53,441 nt of DNA from positions 1 to 53,441 of the forward strand of contig JAINCO010000048.1 of NCBI GenBank assembly GCA_036574095.1. The letters run 5' to 3'. Position 1 is the stretch's first letter. Each line of letters starts with the position of its first letter. The stretch is from Campylobacterales bacterium (GTDB lineage Bacteria > Campylobacterota > Campylobacteria > Campylobacterales > UBA6016). Positions 48,585 through 53,441 of the stretch are shown here, piece after piece. Under the pieces are notes generated by a model that worked only from the letters and a program-made list of their open reading frames with translations, had not been told where the DNA came from and made no database searches. The position numbers and the translations under genes were made by a program.

Positions 48585-49423
48585 AAGAGCTAAAAATTTT
48601 AGCGATCGTTGTGGCGATTGTGGGTGTAATCTATTATGGTGTTGAGCCTTATGCCCATCATATCATGCATCCTGAAGTTACACCGCCCGATTTTAAATTT
48701 TCTGATCTACCTGTGATGAAGACCGATGGCGATCCAGCCCATGGCAAAGAGGTCGTACAGGCTAACTGTGTGAGCTGTCATAGTATTACGAAAGAGGGGA
48801 TTGCTGCACCTATGGATGCTGCATCAGCAGGTGCGAGCTATGGTGTGACGCCCCCTGATCTTTCAAATGTTGGTGCGATTTATGATGCGAACTATTTAGC
48901 GAACTTTATCGCCGATCCAACAAAGGCGAGCCAGCTTCCTGAGGGCAAAACGAGCTCAATGCCAGCTTTGGGTCTTTCGGAAGGGGATATTGCTGATGCG
49001 GTTGCCTATCTGCGCTCAATCGCAGATAAAAATCTGACACCACAACAGATCACCCATGAAGCGTGTGGCCGCTGCCATAGCATTCGTTATGAGAAGTTTG
49101 CCGCAACAACGCCCAATAAAGACGACCTGAAGCGCTACCTCGGTTCCGTACCACCTGATCTGTCACAGATGATCAAATCGGCTGGCCATCACTACCTCGA
49201 GGGCTTTATCAATCAGCCCCAAAAGCTTCTGCCTGGCACTGGTATGCCTCGTGTGGGATTAACCGAAGAGGCGCAAAAGAAGGTCATCGAACATCTTGAA
49301 AAAGTGGGTGATCCTAAGAAAGATGAGCGTGAAAGATTGGGGCTTTGGTTTATTCTCTACTTCGCTATCTTTACCGTTATCGCTTACCTCTGGAAGGTTA
49401 AGCAGTTCCGTAAAGTCCACTAA
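48581..49423 (+). CDS. petC: Diheme cytochrome c subunit of the bc1 complex (epsilonproteobacterial cytochrome c1 equivalent)
   Basis: 280 aa. ATGA overlap with petB. Two CxxCH motifs (CVSCH, CGRCH) and a C-terminal TM anchor. Confidence 0.88.
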   Translation: MKELKILAIVVAIVGVIYYGVEPYAHHIMHPEVTPPDFKFSDLPVMKTDGDPAHGKEVVQANCVSCHSITKEGIAAPMDAASAGASYGVTPPDLSNVGAIYDANYLANFIADPTKASQLPEGKTSSMPALGLSEGDIADAVAYLRSIADKNLTPQQITHEACGRCHSIRYEKFAATTPNKDDLKRYLGSVPPDLSQMIKSAGHHYLEGFINQPQKLLPGTGMPRVGLTEEAQKKVIEHLEKVGDPKKDERERLGLWFILYFAIFTVIAYLWKVKQFRKVH

Positions 49424-49432
49424 GGAGAGACC

Positions 49433-49828
49433 ATGAAAAAAATTGCTTTGATGCTCACAGTCGCCGCGGTTCTCTTTGCGGCCGAGAGTGCCAATTTGAA
49501 AAAAGATATGGCGGCCCAGGAGGCAGCCATGGCAACAATCCAAAAGGGGATGCTCTATAGTTCCCCATCAACTATCGAAGAGGGGTTGAAAGCCCTCAAG
49601 GCGGCCAACCAAGTGGCAACGCTTAAAGATTCACTCCCTCACTACTTGCCAGAAGGAAAGGGTGCGCTTGCCAAAGTGGCAATGAGGGCTGGCGAGAGGG
49701 TAAATCTCCATGCAGATAGATTGGCTGCCGCCTTGGCTAAAAAAGAGTACACGAAACTTTTTGCTGAATATGGTGAGATCCTAAACGCCTGCAACAGCTG
49801 CCATATCGCCGTAAGGCAGTGGAAATAA
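49433..49828 (+). CDS. Periplasmic class II c-type cytochrome (four-helix-bundle, cytochrome c'/c556-like)
   Basis: 131 aa. Signal peptide MKKIALMLTVAAVLFA, helical body, and a single CxxCH near the C-terminus (CNSCH). Confidence 0.7.
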   Translation: MKKIALMLTVAAVLFAAESANLKKDMAAQEAAMATIQKGMLYSSPSTIEEGLKALKAANQVATLKDSLPHYLPEGKGALAKVAMRAGERVNLHADRLAAALAKKEYTKLFAEYGEILNACNSCHIAVRQWK

Positions 49829-49838
49829 CGATTTTACC

Positions 49839-49862
49839 GTCGCGAATCTCTCGATTCGCGGC
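49839..49862 (+). terminator. Stem-loop after the class II cytochrome gene (terminator-like, weak U-tract)
   Basis: gtCGCGAATCtctcGATTCGCGgc, an 8-10 bp stem, followed by TTATTG. Confidence 0.4.
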
Positions 49863-49993
49863 TTATTGACTATAAGTGCTACTTTTTTTCTCCTATTTTT
49901 CCCCTATTAAAGCAATAAAACTTCAGATTTTAAGTTTCTTATAACAATTTTTGCTCTAAAATCAAACTCCATTCATTTTTCAAAGGGGTTGTT

Positions 49994-50323
49994 ATGAAAA
50001 AAGGAACAGGACTTCTGGCGGCGCTTGTTGTTGCTGGTGCGATGGCTCAGGGTGCATTTGCCAGCATCGAAACAGGCCAGAAACTCTATCTTAAAAGCTG
50101 CAAAAGTTGCCATGGCAATGGTGTTAAGGGTGCTGCGATGGCAACACAGGCTGGATGGGATAAGTGGTTTGCCAATGGCGCTGAAGCTCTTATCAAAAAA
50201 CATGAAAAAACGCCAGCCGCTAACTATTTTAATGGCGCGGGCTTCAAGGCGCATATGCCTCATCTGCACGACTTCCTCAAGGAGTACGGCAGCGATAGTG
50301 GTAATGTCCCAGCGTGCGGTTAA
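49994..50323 (+). CDS. Periplasmic monoheme c-type cytochrome
   Basis: 109 aa. Signal peptide ...VVAGAMAQGAFA, GQKLYLKSCKSCHG (CxxCH), possible distal Met further on. Confidence 0.75.
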   Translation: MKKGTGLLAALVVAGAMAQGAFASIETGQKLYLKSCKSCHGNGVKGAAMATQAGWDKWFANGAEALIKKHEKTPAANYFNGAGFKAHMPHLHDFLKEYGSDSGNVPACG

Positions 50324-50342
50324 TTAGCCATTGTCTTCTCTA

Positions 50343-50368
50343 AGTCGCCGTTGGGCGACTCTACTTTT
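50343..50368 (+). terminator. Probable intrinsic terminator after the monoheme cytochrome gene
   Basis: AGTCGCCgttgGGCGACT followed by CTACTTTTC. Confidence 0.5.
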
Positions 50369-50428
50369 CAATGTCGTCATACCACTTTCAATGGTAATGT
50401 GACATTAATTTTAATGCAGGAGTAGTGC

Positions 50429-51940
50429 ATGAAAAAATTGATGGTGGGTTCTTTGGTTGCCGCAATGGCTATTTCCGCGTTTGCGGCTGACGATATTGAG
50501 TCTCTTAAACAAGAGATTGCCGCGCTTAAAAAACAAGTTAGCGAAATTAAGAAAAATACCGGTGGTGATAACCTCAAATGGAATGTTGATTTTCGAACCG
50601 CCTATGACATCGTCAATTATGAAACAGCGAAGGGTACGAGTTATAGTAATGACATTCTCTCGACACGCCTCTGGCTTGGGATGAAATATGCTCCTTCAAA
50701 CAAGCTAAGCTTTATCGGTCAGCTTTCTTATAATAAGGCTTTTGGTGCTAATCCACCACGATATGGCCGCTCAGCTATGTATAGTGGCACAGGTGGTGTT
50801 GTATATGCTGGCATACCGCAGCGTGCTTTTGGATTTGATACCTTTGATTGGGTTGTTAATGAAAACTTGGGCGATAATACGATCAAAGTAAGGCAGGCGT
50901 ATTGGATCTATTTCGGTGAAGCGGGGCCTGTGCCCTATACGGTGAGCGTGGGACGCCGTCCGTCGGTCAATGGATTTCTTGGCAATCTTCGTGAAGACGA
51001 TCCTCAAGCTTCACCACTGGCTCATACAATCAATGTCGAGTTTGATGGGGCAAGTATCTTAGCCGACCTTGAGAAGGTCACAAGTGTACCTGGCATGAGC
51101 TTTAAGCTTTGCTATGGAAGGGGCTTGACAAACGCTGATGCTCGTTTCAGTAATGCTGGCATGGATTACATTGATAATGGAAATACTCTTGATACGATCG
51201 ATATGCTTGGCTTTATCTTGACCCCGTTTGACAATGGTCAGTACAAAGTCATGGCTCAGGTTTATCGTGGCTTTAATGTGCCAGGCTTTAAAGGCAAGGG
51301 CTCAGATGACGCGGTAATGATACAGAGAAATGGGTCTTATGTCATGAATTTCTCCCCAGTAATGTACACCTTAGGTGATATGGATGGGTATACACTTTCT
51401 GGTATGGTGAGTGGGCTTAATGATGATCCAAGTAGCTTCCTTGGACAGACAACCGTTTTTGCCAGTGTTGCTATGACAAAAACTCATCCGATGAAGGGAA
51501 TGAGTATGCTGGGCTCGAGTGAAAGCAAAACAGGTTCGTCTATTTGGTTGGGTGTCCAGATGCCAGCAGTCGTGACAAGTGATGGTAAATTTGGTTTGGA
51601 ATTTAATAAAGGGAGCAAATATTGGCGTCCCTTTACCTATGGTGAGGATAGCCTGATAGGATCGAAACTGGCCACACGCGGTAATGCCTACGAAGCGTAT
51701 TATACTCAGCCGCTGACCAAAGGACTATCGATGCAGATTCGCTATACGCTTCTTGACTACAAATATACCGGAAGTCAGTCATTTTTTGGCGACGAAGGTG
51801 CACCATCGGAAATCTCCGTTGCACAAGCAATGGCAGATTTTATGAATTCGCGTGGTCTTATAGAAAATCAACGAGGTATGTATCCCAATCCCGTTGATAA
51901 AGCCTCCAATCTTCGCATGTATCTTCGCTACCGCTACTAA
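50429..51940 (+). CDS. Putative outer-membrane porin with an N-terminal coiled-coil segment (DUF3373-like, from memory)
   Basis: 503 aa. Signal peptide ...AISAFA, heptad-like DDIESLKQEIAALKKQVSEIKK, alternating beta-strand pattern, C-terminal ...MYLRYRY. Confidence 0.65.
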   Translation: MKKLMVGSLVAAMAISAFAADDIESLKQEIAALKKQVSEIKKNTGGDNLKWNVDFRTAYDIVNYETAKGTSYSNDILSTRLWLGMKYAPSNKLSFIGQLSYNKAFGANPPRYGRSAMYSGTGGVVYAGIPQRAFGFDTFDWVVNENLGDNTIKVRQAYWIYFGEAGPVPYTVSVGRRPSVNGFLGNLREDDPQASPLAHTINVEFDGASILADLEKVTSVPGMSFKLCYGRGLTNADARFSNAGMDYIDNGNTLDTIDMLGFILTPFDNGQYKVMAQVYRGFNVPGFKGKGSDDAVMIQRNGSYVMNFSPVMYTLGDMDGYTLSGMVSGLNDDPSSFLGQTTVFASVAMTKTHPMKGMSMLGSSESKTGSSIWLGVQMPAVVTSDGKFGLEFNKGSKYWRPFTYGEDSLIGSKLATRGNAYEAYYTQPLTKGLSMQIRYTLLDYKYTGSQSFFGDEGAPSEISVAQAMADFMNSRGLIENQRGMYPNPVDKASNLRMYLRYRY

Positions 51941-51947
51941 GCCATCA

Positions 51948-51970
51948 GGGGGATTGGCTCCCCTTTTTTT
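51948..51970 (+). terminator. Probable intrinsic terminator after the porin gene
   Basis: GGGGGattggcTCCCC followed by TTTTTTT. Confidence 0.55.
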
Positions 51971-52011
51971 CTCATATCACACTTCCGGCGGGGCTTAGGC
52001 CCCCGACCAAA

Positions 52012-52701
52012 TTATAACCCCTCTTTAATGCACCGAACAAAACTCTCGTTCTCTTGGCTGCTGGCCGCCACTGAGCCGATTTTAAATCCGACGACGAAGG
52101 CTTCGTTGCTAAACTCTCCAGCTGTAGTTGCGCTCCAGTAGTAGCGGGGTATCGTATCGCCAAAAAAGTTTTTGTCTGTGGCGGGCGAGAATTGGGTATG
52201 ATCAACGAGGCTATAAAGTTCAGCAACAGTTGGCAAGCGCCATCCGGTACCTAAGCTCTGGCAATAGGTAGTGGCTTGTTGGTAGGTGTAGCGCTGGCGA
52301 CGAGTTTGAGGGCTCTTCTTCTCCCACAGAGCATGAAGCATATTATCAGCGATGCCTGTGGGTAGCTCTTTGAAGCGGTTGGCAAGAGGTTTGGCTGGCG
52401 GAAGGGTTGTGCATAAAACCGATAACCGATCACTCATGGGGCGAGGCATGATCTCACCTGCCTTCCACGCAACAGCAAGAGCCGCTTGAGAGCCTGGCTC
52501 AGATGAGCGCGTTGCTGACCAAAAGAGCGTCGGTGTGCCGATGGTGCCATCAAAGAGGCGATAGAGCTCTGATGCTTCAGGCAAGCGCGCTTGGCGGGCA
52601 GTACAGGCTGCTTTGGCCTCCTCATACGAAAAGAGGCCAGGTAGGGGCGTTTGTGCCCATGAGGCAAGGGCAAGTGTGATGAGAGCAAGATATGGGCGCA
52701 T
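52012..52701 (-). CDS. Secreted DUF1566 (Lcl C-terminal-like) domain protein, two repeats
   Basis: The track ORF starts at 52746. ATG 52701 gives the signal peptide MRPYLALITLALASWAQ. ...ARLPEASELYRLFD... and ...WRLPTVAELYSLVD...YYWSAT... are DUF1566-type motifs. Confidence 0.7.
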   Translation of the reverse strand: MRPYLALITLALASWAQTPLPGLFSYEEAKAACTARQARLPEASELYRLFDGTIGTPTLFWSATRSSEPGSQAALAVAWKAGEIMPRPMSDRLSVLCTTLPPAKPLANRFKELPTGIADNMLHALWEKKSPQTRRQRYTYQQATTYCQSLGTGWRLPTVAELYSLVDHTQFSPATDKNFFGDTIPRYYWSATTAGEFSNEAFVVGFKIGSVAASSQENESFVRCIKEGL

Positions 52702-52775
52702 CAAGGCTCCTTTCGACAAAAGATCGCGTTGATGATAGACGATCAATGATTCAAAAGAGCTGAAAAAGGAGGGGC

Positions 52776-53441
52776 TTAGGTGCCCTTAAGTTTAAGTGCT
52801 TCTTTGCAGAAAGCGAGGATTGTACGGTTGGGGCTTTGGAGTCGGCTGGTAAATTCAGGATGAAACTGCACGCCAACAAACCAGGGGTGATCTTTGAGCT
52901 CAACGGCTTCGATGAGGCCTCGTGACTGGCCGCAGATGATCATGCCATGGCGCTCAAAGCGTTCACGATAGGCAGGGTTAGCCTCGTAGCGGTGGCGGTG
53001 GCGTTCAAAGATCTTTTTTTCGCCATTGTAGGCTTTTTGAAGTTTTGAGCCATCGAGCGTCTCGCACTCATACTCTCCCAGACGCATCGTGCCACCCAAG
53101 GGGGTTTGATGGGTGCGAAGTTGCTTGTTGCCTGTCTGGTCGATAAAGGAGTCGATGAGATAGACGATAGGTTCTTTGGTTTGAGGATCAAACTCGGTTG
53201 AGTTGGCATCGCTTAAGCCCAAGACATTGCGCGCAAACTCAATCATCGCCAACTGCATCCCCAAGCAGATACCCAAAAATGGGGTTTTGGTGATGCGGGC
53301 GTAGCGTATCGCCTCGATTTTTCCAGCAACACCCCGCTCACCAAAGCCACCGGGGACCAAGATAGCATCGACATCACTAAGGATCTGCGCGACATTGTCA
53401 GCCGTGATCGTTTCACTATCAATCCATTTAAGATCGATATG
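52776..53441 (-). CDS. pyrG: CTP synthase, C-terminal glutamine-amidotransferase part (the gene runs off the window)
   Basis: The frame is open to the window end. ...[23 protein letters not shown]...LGICLGMQ...HRHRYE...VGVQFHPEF... Confidence 0.93.
   Translation of the reverse strand, partial: HIDLKWIDSETITADNVAQILSDVDAILVPGGFGERGVAGKIEAIRYARITKTPFLGICLGMQLAMIEFARNVLGLSDANSTEFDPQTKEPIVYLIDSFIDQTGNKQLRTHQTPLGGTMRLGEYECETLDGSKLQKAYNGEKKIFERHRHRYEANPAYRERFERHGMIICGQSRGLIEAVELKDHPWFVGVQFHPEFTSRLQSPNRTILAFCKEALKLKGT

Noticed and set aside
50395-50407. Palindrome TAATGTgACATTA upstream of the porin gene (TGTGA half-site, CRP/Fnr-like?).
   Set aside because: It has only 6-bp arms in an AT-rich promoter region, and no second TCACA half-site at the correct spacing. 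It is too weak to call an operator.
1-53441. Looked for a novel multi-gene system: a defence island, CRISPR array, prophage, IS or integrase, toxin-antitoxin, restriction-modification or secretion locus.
   Set aside because: No direct-repeat/spacer array and no transposase-, integrase- or phage-like ORF is present. No long unassigned gap exists; the largest intergenic regions are about 260 and 165 nt. Nearly every long ORF maps to a recognisable housekeeping family, and operons are tightly packed with 4-nt overlaps. The window looks like an ordinary core chromosome.

Overview
The window reads as about 53 kb of tightly packed core chromosome from a Campylobacterota (epsilonproteobacterial) genome, probably Helicobacteraceae or Wolinella-like. 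That placement is a guess from gene content: a petABC operon with a diheme PetC, RNase J with a long basic N-terminal extension, a futalosine-type nucleosidase, a FlhB-C-terminal-like protein and Helicobacter-like N-termini. GC looks mid-range by eye but was not computed. I can support about 60 protein genes and six tRNAs, all with encoded CCA.

The protein genes are mostly housekeeping:
- Translation: thrS-infC-rpmI-rplT, serS, trpS, prfA, rpsT, rsmA, rlmN, mnmG and pseudouridine synthases.
- Biosynthesis: ilvD, dapF, coaE, purM, purB, hisF, ribE, queD, glmM, kdsD, nrdA and a partial pyrG.
- Molybdenum cofactor: moaD, moaE and two tandem moeA copies.
- Respiration: petABC followed by two small c-type cytochromes and a porin-like outer-membrane protein.

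I saw no CRISPR array, IS element, transposase, integrase, phage gene, restriction-modification gene or recognisable toxin or defence gene. I therefore find no convincing evidence for a novel multi-gene system here.

The observations worth a second look are small-scale:
- A frameshift-split Cache-PAS-GGDEF-EAL sensor gene.
- A LysE-family exporter interrupted by an in-frame TGA.
- An untracked 33-aa hydrophobic ORF with a strong Shine-Dalgarno sequence.
- Tandem moeA paralogues.
- A promoter-plus-terminator-like leader in front of petABC.
- A cytochrome/porin cluster downstream of the bc1 operon.
- An OprC-like copper receptor with repeated upstream motifs.
- A few structured intergenic regions.

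All product calls come from motif and family recognition by eye. No database search was run.
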